The notes: generated by a model not told the origin, from the letters alone. A stretch of 64,000 nucleotides of DNA from Nitrosarchaeum sp. (GCA_035455105.1 DATIFS010000075.1:11012-75011), one strand, 5' to 3'. Positions 48,219 to 58,929 are shown, numbered from the stretch's first letter. Made by a program: numbers and translations.

Positions 48219-48231
48219 TTTTGTTACCTGT

Positions 48232-49077
48232 CTAGTATTTTGCAGTTAAAATTAAAACTTGCCAAGGAAATATGATAATCCCATTTTTTTTAGTGTATGG
48301 AATAGTGTTTTGCTTTATTACTTGTCTCAATTCTTTTCTTTTAGATATATCTAATGAATTTAATTTATCTTTGAGTGGTTTTGCAATATATTTTAGATAA
48401 TTTCCCCAATAATCTTCAAACCTTCCTGGACTATAACTAAAGGTAAAATCATTTATTGAAATTTTTGAGAATCCAGCTTTTCTAATTTCATTACCTAATG
48501 CATTTTTTGTTCCAAATCTATCCATATTAGGTGAACCAGGTGGTACATAATCAGGAATAAACCTTGTTACAGCATCTGAAATATTGCTAAAAAATGGAAC
48601 TTTGTCTTTATGTCCATGTACAGATATACCAAGCGTCCCTGTTTTTTTGAGGCTATTTCTAATATTTTTTAATGCTTTTTGTGCATTAGGAAAAAAGAAT
48701 AATGCATATTGACATGTTATAATGTCAAATTCGCGAGAAAAATTAAATTTTTCAGCATCAATATTTACAAAATTTAAATTTGATTTTACCCCATTCCATT
48801 TTTTTGCAACTTTAATTGCCGTAATTGAAGCATCTGCACCTACAACATATCCTGAATTCCCAACTTTTTCTCTTATTTTTTTTGTAACGACTCCTGTACC
48901 ACATGCAAGATCTAGTACATTATCACCTTTGCTTACATTAACTAGTTGAACTAATTTGTTGGTGCTTTGAAATGGACCTTGACTAACACTTGCCCATCTT
49001 TTATGATATCTTGGAGCAATCTCATTCCATATTTTCATATTTCTTTGCTTGTACTCTACATGATTCACTGTTATCAC
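48232..49077 (-). CDS. Class I SAM-dependent methyltransferase (UbiE-like)
   Basis: VLDLACGTG, DAE and FDIITCQYAL. Confidence 0.88.
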   Translation of the reverse strand: MITVNHVEYKQRNMKIWNEIAPRYHKRWASVSQGPFQSTNKLVQLVNVSKGDNVLDLACGTGVVTKKIREKVGNSGYVVGADASITAIKVAKKWNGVKSNLNFVNIDAEKFNFSREFDIITCQYALFFFPNAQKALKNIRNSLKKTGTLGISVHGHKDKVPFFSNISDAVTRFIPDYVPPGSPNMDRFGTKNALGNEIRKAGFSKISINDFTFSYSPGRFEDYWGNYLKYIAKPLKDKLNSLDISKRKELRQVIKQNTIPYTKKNGIIIFPWQVLILTAKY

Positions 49078-49101
49078 GTCTTAGTTATTTCATGATATAT
49101 T

Positions 49102-49269
49102 TTATGTAATCTCTTTAAAATCAGATTGAATAGTTCTTCCTGTTTCATGAACATATCTATGTTCTATTTCTTCAAGTTTTTCTAACATTTTTTTATTTTG
49201 TACCTTCTGTGTTTTTAATTTGATTTCTTTATAATTTGCCACAAGTTTTCTAATTTCAGATTTTTTCAT
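49102..49269 (-). CDS. Small 55-aa basic helical protein; not in the ORF track
   Basis: MKKSEIRKLVANYKEIKLKTQKVQNKKMLEKLEEIEHRYVHETGRTIQSDFKEIT, starting 1 nt after the coaBC stop. Confidence 0.72.
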   Translation of the reverse strand: MKKSEIRKLVANYKEIKLKTQKVQNKKMLEKLEEIEHRYVHETGRTIQSDFKEIT

Positions 49270-49270
49270 T

Positions 49271-50527
49271 TCAAGTTTTTATTCTTTTCTCAATTTCTTT
49301 TCTAATTAATTTGGCAATTTTTTCTTTTTTTATCCATCCTGATGAAATTACTTTATGCGAATCTATAATCAATACCTCATTGTTTTCTGGATTTTTTTTA
49401 TACTTCATTGAACCTATGTCATTTGCAACAATCATATCTGCATTTGATTCATTAATTTTTTGCTTAGATAATGTAATTAGCTTATTTTTTGAGATATTTG
49501 TCTCTGCTTTGAAACCAACTAAAAAAACATTTTTTTGATATTTTTTAATGTGGTTAATTATTTTTGGTGCCTTTTTGAGGCTAATTTTTATTGTATTGTT
49601 TATACTTTTTATTTTATTTTTACTAGGACTTTGAGGAGTATAATCTGATATTGCTGCAGCCATTATTACTATGTCAAATTTCTTACTCATCTCTTTTTTT
49701 ACAACATTAAACATTTCTCCGCCTGTAGAAATTTTAATTACTTTTGCACCTTTTGGAGGTTTTTCGGTTCCAGGGCCATAAACTAAAGTAACTTTAGCTC
49801 CTGAAGAAATTAATTCTGATGCTAACAATACACCAGTTTTCCCTGAACTTTGATTAGTAATTACACGTATAGGATCAATATGTTCAATTGTTGGTCCTGC
49901 TGTCATCAATATTTTTTTATTTTTTAAAACAGATGAATATCCAAATTTTCTTAATACGTATTCTAAAACATCTTCTGGTTCGGATGCTTTTGCTTTTCCT
50001 TCAATTATTTGTGGTGTCATAAATTCAATTTTATTTTTTAAAAATTCAATGTTCTTTTTTACTGCTGCATTATCATACATTGATGCATGCATAGCAAGAG
50101 ACATTAAAATTGGAATTTTTGAGCCAAATCCAACTGTAAGAACAGTTGATATTGGTGTATCATCAATACCGTTTGCTAATTTTCCAAGCGTATTTGCAGT
50201 AGCTGGATAAACTATAATTAAATCTGATTTATTATAATCCGCTAATCTAATATGTTCTAATTCTCCTGTTAACTTTGTTATTACTTTATTTCCTGTAGCC
50301 CATTTGAAATAATCTGGTTGAACTAGTTTTGTAACTGCATCACTTGTAACACATGTTACATCAGCACCATGTCTCATTAGTAATCTTGCTAATTCTATTG
50401 CTTTGTATGCTGCAACACTTCCTGCAATACAAAGTACAATTTTTTTCTCAGATAGTTCATTACCATATGATCCTACAATATCTAATGAAGGATGATTTTT
50501 TTCCTGTAAGTTTTTCTTTTTTACCAT
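49271..50527 (-). CDS. coaBC: Bifunctional phosphopantothenoylcysteine decarboxylase/synthetase
   Basis: GSVAAYKA, PATANTL, TAGPTIEHIDPIRVITNQSSGKTG and VGFKAET. Confidence 0.95.
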   Translation of the reverse strand: MVKKKNLQEKNHPSLDIVGSYGNELSEKKIVLCIAGSVAAYKAIELARLLMRHGADVTCVTSDAVTKLVQPDYFKWATGNKVITKLTGELEHIRLADYNKSDLIIVYPATANTLGKLANGIDDTPISTVLTVGFGSKIPILMSLAMHASMYDNAAVKKNIEFLKNKIEFMTPQIIEGKAKASEPEDVLEYVLRKFGYSSVLKNKKILMTAGPTIEHIDPIRVITNQSSGKTGVLLASELISSGAKVTLVYGPGTEKPPKGAKVIKISTGGEMFNVVKKEMSKKFDIVIMAAAISDYTPQSPSKNKIKSINNTIKISLKKAPKIINHIKKYQKNVFLVGFKAETNISKNKLITLSKQKINESNADMIVANDIGSMKYKKNPENNEVLIIDSHKVISSGWIKKEKIAKLIRKEIEKRIKT

Positions 50528-50529
50528 AT

Positions 50530-51357
50530 TTACTCACGTAATTTTCTAAATTCATCATTATCCATTGAAAACCAATTTTCTTGGGCAGGAAATATGCCTG
50601 ATTCTACATCATTCTTATAATTTTCAAGTGCTTTTACAATATCTTCGCTTAAATTCAAATATCTTTTTGCAAATTTTGGCTTGATCTTTTCAAACATACC
50701 CAATAAATCTTGAACCACTAATATTTGACCATCACAACCAACACCTGATCCAATTCCAATTGTAGGTACACTAACAGTTTCAGAAATTACTTGTGCAATT
50801 TCATGACTTACCATTTCTAATACAATACTGAATACTCCTGCCTCTTGAAGTTCTTTTGCATCTTCAATTAATTTAATTGCAGTATCTCTTGTTCGTCCTT
50901 GAACTTTGTATCCTTCTGACAACATTGTTGTTTGTGGTTGTAAACCAATATGTCCCATTACTGGAATTCCAACATCTACTATTGCATTGATTGTTTCAGA
51001 CATAGAAACTCCACCTTCAAGTTTCACTGCATCAGCACCTGCTTTTATCAACTTTCCTGAATTTTTTATTGCATCCTCAATACTAGTTTGATATGACATA
51101 AATGGTAAATCTGCAACTAATAATGAATTTTTTCTTGCTCTGCTAACTGCTTCTGTAAATATACACATTTGATCCATTGTTACTGGGATAGTATTTTCAT
51201 AACCAAGCATTACCATTCCTGCACTATCTCCAACAAGCAGTATATCTATTCCAGATTTATCACATAATGATGCAAGTGTATAGTCATAGCTTGTAACTGC
51301 TGAAATCTTTTTTCCATCTTTTTTCTTTTTAATAATATCGTAAACTGATTTATGCAA
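50530..51357 (-). CDS. panB: 3-methyl-2-oxobutanoate hydroxymethyltransferase
   Basis: TSYD, LVGDSAGM, ADLPFMSY, VKLEGG and GHIGLQPQ. Confidence 0.96.
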   Translation of the reverse strand: MHKSVYDIIKKKKDGKKISAVTSYDYTLASLCDKSGIDILLVGDSAGMVMLGYENTIPVTMDQMCIFTEAVSRARKNSLLVADLPFMSYQTSIEDAIKNSGKLIKAGADAVKLEGGVSMSETINAIVDVGIPVMGHIGLQPQTTMLSEGYKVQGRTRDTAIKLIEDAKELQEAGVFSIVLEMVSHEIAQVISETVSVPTIGIGSGVGCDGQILVVQDLLGMFEKIKPKFAKRYLNLSEDIVKALENYKNDVESGIFPAQENWFSMDNDEFRKLRE

Positions 51358-52120
51358 TACGCGATCTCCTTGTTAGATGATCTCTAATTTCAATAATATT
51401 GGCGGCAAGATTTTTTTTATTATTAAAATCTTCAACAATTCTTTTTAGTGCTTTTTTATTTCTTTTTGATAATTTTTTACATGTTAAAATTAATAAATCC
51501 ATTGCACGTGTAACATTATCTACTATTGTTATGTTAGCAGTTTGTGAAGTTCTTGAAAGTGGGTTTAAATCAAATGTTATTACTTTTTTTCCAGCTTTTC
51601 TTAATGCCATAGTTCTATCACCATCTTCTAATGGAACAATAACTACATCTGCAGTAAAAATTCCATTCTTGTCAACTATTCTTCTTGCTGAATCCAATCC
51701 AGATAATTTTGTTGACGAATTACGATTTATACCTAAAATCTCCTTTGCACCACTCTTTTTGAGAGTTTTTATGATGTTTTGTTTTCGTTTCTTGTTTGTA
51801 TAAAATAGATTTACTTCGATTTTTGCCTTTGATGTAACGGCAAGTCTAACTATTTCTTTTGGGCATAATGCAGCAATATTACCATTAACAGATATTACTG
51901 GTGAATTTGCCAAAAGAATTTGTGCAGCTGCAGCCTTAATTGCTATTTTTGTTGTCTTACTTGTTTTTTCACCAAGCAAATAATCAAAAGCTTCACCTCT
52001 GCCATGGGCTAAAAGTCCTTCTTTAGCTACTAACCCATTTTCAAATCCAGCAACAAGTTTTTCTCTAATAAAAAGAGATTTTGCCCTAGGATGAGATTTT
52101 GGAATTAAAGACATCAACAA
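51350..52120 (-). CDS. pps: Phosphopantothenate synthetase (4-phosphopantoate--beta-alanine ligase)
   Basis: IPKSHPR, AHGRGEAFDY, VPLEDGDR and DLNPLSRT. Confidence 0.92.
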   Translation of the reverse strand: MLMSLIPKSHPRAKSLFIREKLVAGFENGLVAKEGLLAHGRGEAFDYLLGEKTSKTTKIAIKAAAAQILLANSPVISVNGNIAALCPKEIVRLAVTSKAKIEVNLFYTNKKRKQNIIKTLKKSGAKEILGINRNSSTKLSGLDSARRIVDKNGIFTADVVIVPLEDGDRTMALRKAGKKVITFDLNPLSRTSQTANITIVDNVTRAMDLLILTCKKLSKRNKKALKRIVEDFNNKKNLAANIIEIRDHLTRRSRIA

Positions 52121-52124
52121 TCAG

Positions 52125-53039
52125 TTAATTATAGAGTACTCTTGCACCATGATCATCTAATTTTGATCTTATGATTATTCCCTCAGAATACTTTTCTAAA
52201 ATTTGTAAAACTTGTTTTTCTTTTTCTTTTGGTATCATTGTAAATACAGTCTCACCAAATAATGCAACGCCACATTTTATTCCGTTTGAAGATAATTCTT
52301 GAATTAAATTCTCCATTCTTAAAGTCATTACTTTAACATATTTTGCAAATTCTAAAGACATGTCTTGAAAATGTTCATAATTCTTTGATTCTAGTAATTT
52401 GTTTACCATTTTTCCACCAAGACCATTAATTTGAGAAAGACGTTCTTTGATGAATTTATTTGTAGAAATTGGTGAAAAACAAATCATAATTATCGAAATA
52501 TCTTCCATGTTAATTTTTTCTACTTTACCTATTCCAGGTGCTCCTGGTTTAACTCTAATTTCAAATCCTCCATGGTATGATGCCAAAACATCACCTAATC
52601 CTGTCTTGCAATTTATTTCAGCATTATGTGCAATCTGACCAATGGTTGTATGATCTAATTTTGTTTTAAGAACATGATCAAGTGCATATGATAATGATAA
52701 TGCAACAGCACTACTAGAACCTAGGCCATATCCTACTGGTATAGTTATCTCATGTTGAATATCAAAAAACATATTTTCAAAATTTCCCAACTTTAAAAAT
52801 TCATTTAATACATATTCTGAAACATCTGTTTTATCTGACTGATACCCTGTAGTAGTAATCTTAAAGTTAGACTTTTGATCAATTTTATTTAAAATATCTA
52901 CATGTGTAGTGACTCCCTCTTTAATCGAAAATCCTGCCCCCATAGAACCTAATTCTTCAGGATTTTTTTGATTATCGTTTTCTAAGTAAGCCTTGAAAAA
53001 ACCCGTGATATGTGCAGGACAAAATGCTGTTGCTTTCAT
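52125..53039 (-). CDS. pok: Pantoate kinase (GHMP family)
   Basis: PAHITGFF, PVGYGLGSS and TGLGDV; lies in the CoA operon. Confidence 0.9.
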   Translation of the reverse strand: MKATAFCPAHITGFFKAYLENDNQKNPEELGSMGAGFSIKEGVTTHVDILNKIDQKSNFKITTTGYQSDKTDVSEYVLNEFLKLGNFENMFFDIQHEITIPVGYGLGSSSAVALSLSYALDHVLKTKLDHTTIGQIAHNAEINCKTGLGDVLASYHGGFEIRVKPGAPGIGKVEKINMEDISIIMICFSPISTNKFIKERLSQINGLGGKMVNKLLESKNYEHFQDMSLEFAKYVKVMTLRMENLIQELSSNGIKCGVALFGETVFTMIPKEKEKQVLQILEKYSEGIIIRSKLDDHGARVLYN

Positions 53040-53104
53040 TGATTTTAGTATAAACTTAACATAAAATATAAGAATATGGATTAAATTACTTATACTAATA
53101 TAAA

Positions 53105-54085
53105 TTGGCTAAATTCATTCGACGCCTACAAAGGATTGGAAGCAGTATACTAGTTTCATTACCTAAAGAATGGATAGTTGCTAACAATCTAGATAAAAGT
53201 AGTCAGGTTGAATTAGAAACTGGAGAAGATACAATCTCAATTTCTGCAAATAAAGAAATGCGTCCTACAAAAGAACTTGTAATCTCTTACCCATTGCCAA
53301 AAGATGAAAACATTGTAGCTGACATAACAGGTGCTTATCTTTTAGGATATGACATCATACACATAACTTCAAAATCAATCATTCCTGGTGAAGACAGAGA
53401 GCAAATTAGAAACTCAATGAGACGATTAGTTGGAATGGAAATTATTGAAGAAGATGCCTCAAATATCAACATGCAATTTCTATTAGATGCTACCACATTA
53501 AATCCAGAAAAAATTCTAAAAAGAATGAGCTCTATTGCTCTTGGAATGTATGATGACGTATCAAATGGTTTAATTTTAGATGATAAATCAAATTTACAAA
53601 CATTATCAAAAAGAGATGTAGAAGTCAATAGACAATATTTTCTTTTAGTACGTTTGATTAGAAGTACACTTGTTGACAAAAGATTAGCTAATGTATTCAA
53701 TTTAGAAAATATTGATATATTAGATTATAGGGTGGCTGCAAATCTTTTAGAAAATGCAGGTGATACAATAGTAGAACTTGCTAATTTTATTTATAACTCT
53801 TCATTATCTAATGAACATTTAAAAAAAATATTTGATGTAGTAAAAAATTTCAATGCTCTTGGAGAAAAATCCATTAATGCTTTTACTAAACCAGATAGAC
53901 GTTTAGCTATAGAAGCTATATCATCACATAAGAAATATCAGGAAAATCTTTCTAAATTACGAAGTACTATAGGAAATAAAAAGCAAATTCCTATTGATCT
54001 ACTTGATCTTGTTTACATGTTTGAACGAATTGCTAAATCTTGGGCAGATGTAGTAGATCTTGTAAAACCAATATATAATAAATAA
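53105..54085 (+). CDS. PhoU-family regulator with an N-terminal AbrB-like domain
   Basis: RRLQRIGSSILVSLPKEW, followed by PhoU repeats (ENAGD, FERIA). Confidence 0.88.
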   Translation: MAKFIRRLQRIGSSILVSLPKEWIVANNLDKSSQVELETGEDTISISANKEMRPTKELVISYPLPKDENIVADITGAYLLGYDIIHITSKSIIPGEDREQIRNSMRRLVGMEIIEEDASNINMQFLLDATTLNPEKILKRMSSIALGMYDDVSNGLILDDKSNLQTLSKRDVEVNRQYFLLVRLIRSTLVDKRLANVFNLENIDILDYRVAANLLENAGDTIVELANFIYNSSLSNEHLKKIFDVVKNFNALGEKSINAFTKPDRRLAIEAISSHKKYQENLSKLRSTIGNKKQIPIDLLDLVYMFERIAKSWADVVDLVKPIYNK

Positions 54086-54598
54086 TTAATTTAACTTCTT
54101 TTTAGCAGCATATGTCAATACAGCACAAATTGTTTTTGAATCTTGAATTTTTCCATTTTTTATCATCGAAATTAATTTTTTAAGATCTATTTTAACAACA
54201 GATAATATCTCATCTTCATCTAGTTTCAAACCTGCAATTTTCTTTAATCCTGAGGCTATAAAACAGTGAATTATTTCAGTGTTGTAGCCTATAGATGGAT
54301 AGTATGAAATCAACGGAGTCATTTTTTTAGCTCTGTATCCTGTTTCCTCTTCTAATTCTCTAAAAGCGCATTTTTTTGGGTCTTCTTTTTTTTCTAATGT
54401 GCCTGCAGGAATTTCAATTACATACCCATGAGGAAATCTATGTTGCTTTACAAGAATTACTTTGTTGTCTTCATCAAATGCTAACATTGCAGCTGCTCCT
54501 CTATGTTCAATTGTTTCTCTTTTTACTCTCCTGCCTTCAATTTTTACATCATAAACACTAAGACCTAAAATTTTACCTTCATAGATCTTCTTTTTCAT
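54086..54598 (-). CDS. NUDIX hydrolase (ADP-ribose pyrophosphatase-like)
   Basis: PAGTLEKKEDPKKCAFRELEEETGY Nudix box. Confidence 0.92.
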   Translation of the reverse strand: MKKKIYEGKILGLSVYDVKIEGRRVKRETIEHRGAAAMLAFDEDNKVILVKQHRFPHGYVIEIPAGTLEKKEDPKKCAFRELEEETGYRAKKMTPLISYYPSIGYNTEIIHCFIASGLKKIAGLKLDEDEILSVVKIDLKKLISMIKNGKIQDSKTICAVLTYAAKKKLN

Positions 54599-54623
54599 AT
54601 TATATTCTAAATTTGGTTCTTAT

Positions 54624-55526
54624 TTAATTTGTTTGATATAAAATATGAAGTGTAGGAGATTTTTTAGCATCAACAAGAGCTTTCTCTAACCATTTTAATG
54701 GAAAAGATATTTTTTTTGGAATGAATAAATCAACTGATCTCACATTATCCATATTTCTTACCCTTTGAGTTAATTCATCAATTTCAAATATGTCTCTACT
54801 ATACATAAATAATACGATTTGATTTTTTGCAATAAACGGTACTTGCATAAATGATTCATGAAATTCATCATTCATTTTTTTTAATGTTTTTCTAAGATCT
54901 CCATCAATCCAAGCAAGTATAGCATGTGGAATAAAATTTTTAATCTTTGTTGGATCATAAACTAACGTAAATTGAATTCCTTCATTTTGTTGTAATTTAT
55001 CAATACATCTAGTAACAGTTTTTGTAGATAATTTTGTATCTTTTGATATTTTTTCTATTTTTTCTCTAGGTTCTTTTATCAATTGTTTTAAAATTTCTAA
55101 ATCTGTTTTAGTCAAATTAGAATTAAATCCTGGATTCTCTGCTTCAAAAATGGATAATATTCTAACATCTTTCATTAATTTATTTGCAAGTATAATTTTT
55201 TGTTGTGAATTCTCTTTTATTACAATACTGCAAACTGTAATCCCACCAACACATGGTACAACAAAAAATGGTTCTCCAACCAAACTAATTTGTTCCAAAA
55301 TCTCTTCAATGTTTTGACCTGATACTACTATGTACAAAACTCCTAGTCCCAAAACTGGTGGCTCAACTTTAATTGTAAATTTCTCAATTATTTTCATATT
55401 TTGCATTTTTTTAATTCGTGCTCTTACTGCACCTCCAGAAATTCCTAATTCTTTGCCAATCTGTCTATCTGATACTCTACAATTTTTCAAAAGCCTGCTT
55501 AGAATTTTGATATCTAATTTGTCCAA
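54624..55526 (-). CDS. Tandem Lrp/AsnC-family transcriptional regulator
   Basis: Two Lrp-type HTH segments (DKLDIKIL...ELGIS and TKTDLEIL...TKLS). Confidence 0.85.
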   Translation of the reverse strand: MDKLDIKILSRLLKNCRVSDRQIGKELGISGGAVRARIKKMQNMKIIEKFTIKVEPPVLGLGVLYIVVSGQNIEEILEQISLVGEPFFVVPCVGGITVCSIVIKENSQQKIILANKLMKDVRILSIFEAENPGFNSNLTKTDLEILKQLIKEPREKIEKISKDTKLSTKTVTRCIDKLQQNEGIQFTLVYDPTKIKNFIPHAILAWIDGDLRKTLKKMNDEFHESFMQVPFIAKNQIVLFMYSRDIFEIDELTQRVRNMDNVRSVDLFIPKKISFPLKWLEKALVDAKKSPTLHILYQTN

Positions 55527-55588
55527 TTTCTCACCTAAACTAACCTCATAATGATCATAACTATCTATAAAATATAAAACTGTCTATA

Positions 55589-56830
55589 ATGCTAATCCTT
55601 TACATAATATACATTAAATATCAGACTATTTTTAGTCTTCTTATGGTATATCAATTGCGTTTAGCAAAAAGAATGCTGTTTAATAAAAAAGGAAGTCTCA
55701 TTGGTGCAGTTTTGGCCGTAACGATTGGAATTTTAGTAATTCACGTAAATTTTGTAATTTTTCAAGGATTATTTGATGCAATTGTTCGTGATATCTCAAA
55801 TTATAGAAACGGTGATGTATTAGTTACAGACGAGGAAAGCTATATCACTAAATCAGATCAATCACTAGTTAGCTGGTTTGAGCGAATTCCATATGTGAAA
55901 GCAGCTACTCCCAGATTATCTTCTATAGCATCAATTAACATGACAAAATTTGGTACATTACATGAAAAAACAAGAATACCTATTGTTGGAGTTGATCCAT
56001 TAAATGATATCAGAGCTTCTACTGTTCATGAAACTATTTCTGATGGACAGTATGTTTATTCTAGAAATTCGATTGTATTAGGTTCTAATGTTGCAAGAGA
56101 TCTTGGTGATGCGCAAGTAGGAGATAGTATTAAATTAAAAATTGTTGATAGATATGGACAAGATCAAATAAGAAGATTTGTAGTTACAGGAATTGCAAAA
56201 TCTCCAGGAGGACAAGGTTTTGATTATAGTGTAGTTGTTCATATTGATACTTTACGTGATATGATGAATAGACATGGTGAATCAAGTTCAATTATGGTAA
56301 AACTAAATGATCCATCTAAAGCCAGTGATGTAAAAAATTTCTTTTTAGCTGCTTTTCCAAATGATGATTTTAAAGCAGAAACTATAGAAGAATCTGCTGA
56401 AGAACAATTAGCTGGTTTTAGATCTGGTATTGCAATGATAAATATGATTGGATATTTTGGAATGATGTCCTCTGCTTTTGCTATTGTTACAATTCAAATG
56501 ATGTTAGTTAATGGAAAAACTAGAGAAATAGGCATAATGAGATCAATAGGTGCTACAAGAAAAGACATTTTGATTATTTTTATTTTTCAAGGAATGATAA
56601 TTGGTGCAATAGGTGCTGGAGTAGGAACCGCTGCAGGATTGGGTTATACATTTTATGCAAAGGAAACAAAAATGTCATTTAATAACAGTCTGCCTCTAGA
56701 AGTAAGCTACAACTGGGAAAAAATTATTCAGACTGCAGTACTGTCGTTTATTTTAGCAATAATTGCTTCACTATATCCATCATATAGAGCGACTAAATTA
56801 TTACCTGTGGAGGCTATGAGAACTGTCTAA
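55589..56830 (+). CDS. MacB/LolE-type ABC transporter permease; probable start at 55643
   Basis: TM1, periplasmic domain, and KTREIGIMRSIGA...YPSYRA. Confidence 0.92.
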   Translation: MLILYIIYIKYQTIFSLLMVYQLRLAKRMLFNKKGSLIGAVLAVTIGILVIHVNFVIFQGLFDAIVRDISNYRNGDVLVTDEESYITKSDQSLVSWFERIPYVKAATPRLSSIASINMTKFGTLHEKTRIPIVGVDPLNDIRASTVHETISDGQYVYSRNSIVLGSNVARDLGDAQVGDSIKLKIVDRYGQDQIRRFVVTGIAKSPGGQGFDYSVVVHIDTLRDMMNRHGESSSIMVKLNDPSKASDVKNFFLAAFPNDDFKAETIEESAEEQLAGFRSGIAMINMIGYFGMMSSAFAIVTIQMMLVNGKTREIGIMRSIGATRKDILIIFIFQGMIIGAIGAGVGTAAGLGYTFYAKETKMSFNNSLPLEVSYNWEKIIQTAVLSFILAIIASLYPSYRATKLLPVEAMRTV

Positions 56831-57524
56831 AGTACTTGAAATTAGTAATCTGAGTAAAATTTATGGAGACGGAGAAAACAAGGTAATCGCATTAGATAAT
56901 GTATCATTTTCAATTGAGAAAGGTGAATTTGTATTAATTGTAGGTAGTTCTGGCTCAGGAAAATCCACATTACTTAACATGATAGGATTATTAGATCATC
57001 CAACAATTGGCAAGGTCTTCATTGATGGAACAGATACAACTAATTTAACAGATAATAAAATCTCATCATTTAGAAATAAAAAATTAGGATTCATTTTTCA
57101 ATTCTCAAATCTTTTAACAGATCTTACTGTACTTGAAAATGTATTATTGCCAAGAGAAATCGCCGGAACTATTTATTCTGCAGAAAAAAATGCCAGAGAA
57201 TTACTAAAAGCAGTTGGATTAGAAGATCAAATTAACAAAAGAGCTAATAAAATTTCTGGTGGACAAGCACAAAGAGCAGCAATTGCTAGAGGATTGATAA
57301 ATAATCCATCAATTGTTTTAGCTGATGAACCAACTGGTAATTTAGATTCTGTTACATCTGCAAAAATAGTCGATTTGATGAAAACCATGGCAAAAAATCT
57401 GAATCAAACATTTATTGTTGTTACTCATGACAGGCAACATTTTGGAGATGTTGATCGAGTAATTACAATCAAAGATGGAAGAGCATTTGAAGCAAATGCT
57501 TCAGAAATGGAGGTTTTAGTGTGA
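56823..57524 (+). CDS. LolD/MacB-type ABC ATPase, inferred CTG start at 56823
   Basis: An in-frame extension upstream of the track ATG (56979) encodes LSKVLEISNLSKIYG...GSSGSGKSTLL (Walker A). ISGGQAQR and LADEPTGNLD follow downstream. Confidence 0.88.
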   Translation: MSKVLEISNLSKIYGDGENKVIALDNVSFSIEKGEFVLIVGSSGSGKSTLLNMIGLLDHPTIGKVFIDGTDTTNLTDNKISSFRNKKLGFIFQFSNLLTDLTVLENVLLPREIAGTIYSAEKNARELLKAVGLEDQINKRANKISGGQAQRAAIARGLINNPSIVLADEPTGNLDSVTSAKIVDLMKTMAKNLNQTFIVVTHDRQHFGDVDRVITIKDGRAFEANASEMEVLV

Positions 57525-58825
57525 TGAATTATAAAATCATATTTTCATTAATACTATTGCTTCTTATTCCATTAGCTATTGGTAATTCATTTGCACAAAT
57601 TTCATCAGGAGGCTTTGGAAAATCCCCATTTGAAAGAGACTTTGGAGATGTAAAATTACTTGATGCCTATTTTGGAACTGCTGATGAAAAAATTGAAATT
57701 GATCCTGGTGATAGTAATGTGCCATTTACAGTAGTATTTGCTAATGTCGGAACACAAGACATTACTGGAATCAAAGGACAACTATCACTCCCACTTGGAT
57801 TTTCTCCAACAGATGGTTCTGGCTCATTAATTATGGCTGATGCTACTTCTAATTCATTGGCAGGTGACACATTTCATCTTACATTTTATGTTAATATTGA
57901 TAAAAATATAAAAATTAAACAATATCCAGGATCTGTTAAAGTTGATTATTCTAGATTAAGAGAATCTGGAGTAAGATCATCTTTTTCTGATTTTAACTTT
58001 AAAGTTACAGGAAATAGTATAATTAATGTTAAAGCAGTAGACCCATTTCTTACTTCATTAAAAACAAATCATGTAGCAATTGAGATTTCAAATGATGGAA
58101 CTGCACCACTTTCTAGTGTAAATATTGTAGCTACAAATACTCAGACAGAACTTCCAGCAACTTCAACATCAACTACAAATGTAGAAAACGTAGTAATTTT
58201 AGAATCAAATTGGAATGTAGGAAACATTGAACCTAAATCTTCAAAGACTCTAACAGCTACAGTATACATTCCACAAAACCTTCAACAAGATACTTTACGA
58301 GTTCCATTGACCATAAAATATTATAACGCACATGGAGATTTACAAACAATTTCTAAAATTGTTGATTTTTATATTAAAGGATTAATTGATCTTAAAATTT
58401 ATGATGTTAATGTAATTGAATTATCTGGCACCCAAATGGTTGTTGGAGAAATAATTAATGAAGGAAATGAAAAAGCTTTATTTGGTTTTGTAACTCTTGA
58501 ACCATTAAATAACTCAAACCTTAAAAAACAAACGCAATTCATTGATGAAATAGAAACTGATTCTCCTGTGCCGTTTAACATTCCATTAGAATTTGATGGT
58601 AAACCACGATATGGAGAACATGATATTCAACTCACGGTAAGATACAAAGACAGTGTTAGAGATGAATTGTTTGTAACGCATAATGCAACAATATTTGTAA
58701 AAGAACCACCAAAAATTGAATCTGGAAATAATTTGCAATTCCTTATTATTCCAATTGTAGCAGTTATAGCAATAGTAATCTATATTATTTGTAGGCGTAA
58801 AAAATCAAAAACCCAAGTTGGCTAA
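57521..58825 (+). CDS. COG1361-type S-layer-domain/Ig-like surface protein
   Basis: Signal peptide, Ig-like repeats (FANVGTQD, ISNDGTAP, IINEGNEK) and a C-terminal TM plus RRKK. Confidence 0.8.
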   Translation: MMNYKIIFSLILLLLIPLAIGNSFAQISSGGFGKSPFERDFGDVKLLDAYFGTADEKIEIDPGDSNVPFTVVFANVGTQDITGIKGQLSLPLGFSPTDGSGSLIMADATSNSLAGDTFHLTFYVNIDKNIKIKQYPGSVKVDYSRLRESGVRSSFSDFNFKVTGNSIINVKAVDPFLTSLKTNHVAIEISNDGTAPLSSVNIVATNTQTELPATSTSTTNVENVVILESNWNVGNIEPKSSKTLTATVYIPQNLQQDTLRVPLTIKYYNAHGDLQTISKIVDFYIKGLIDLKIYDVNVIELSGTQMVVGEIINEGNEKALFGFVTLEPLNNSNLKKQTQFIDEIETDSPVPFNIPLEFDGKPRYGEHDIQLTVRYKDSVRDELFVTHNATIFVKEPPKIESGNNLQFLIIPIVAVIAIVIYIICRRKKSKTQVG

Positions 58826-58929
58826 ACCAAATTATAAATTATACATTATAAAAAATTTTCAATTAATGAGCATAAAATACAATTTTTTATTATAATTAAG
58901 ATTATAAGCAAATAACGAGTCTTGCGTTT

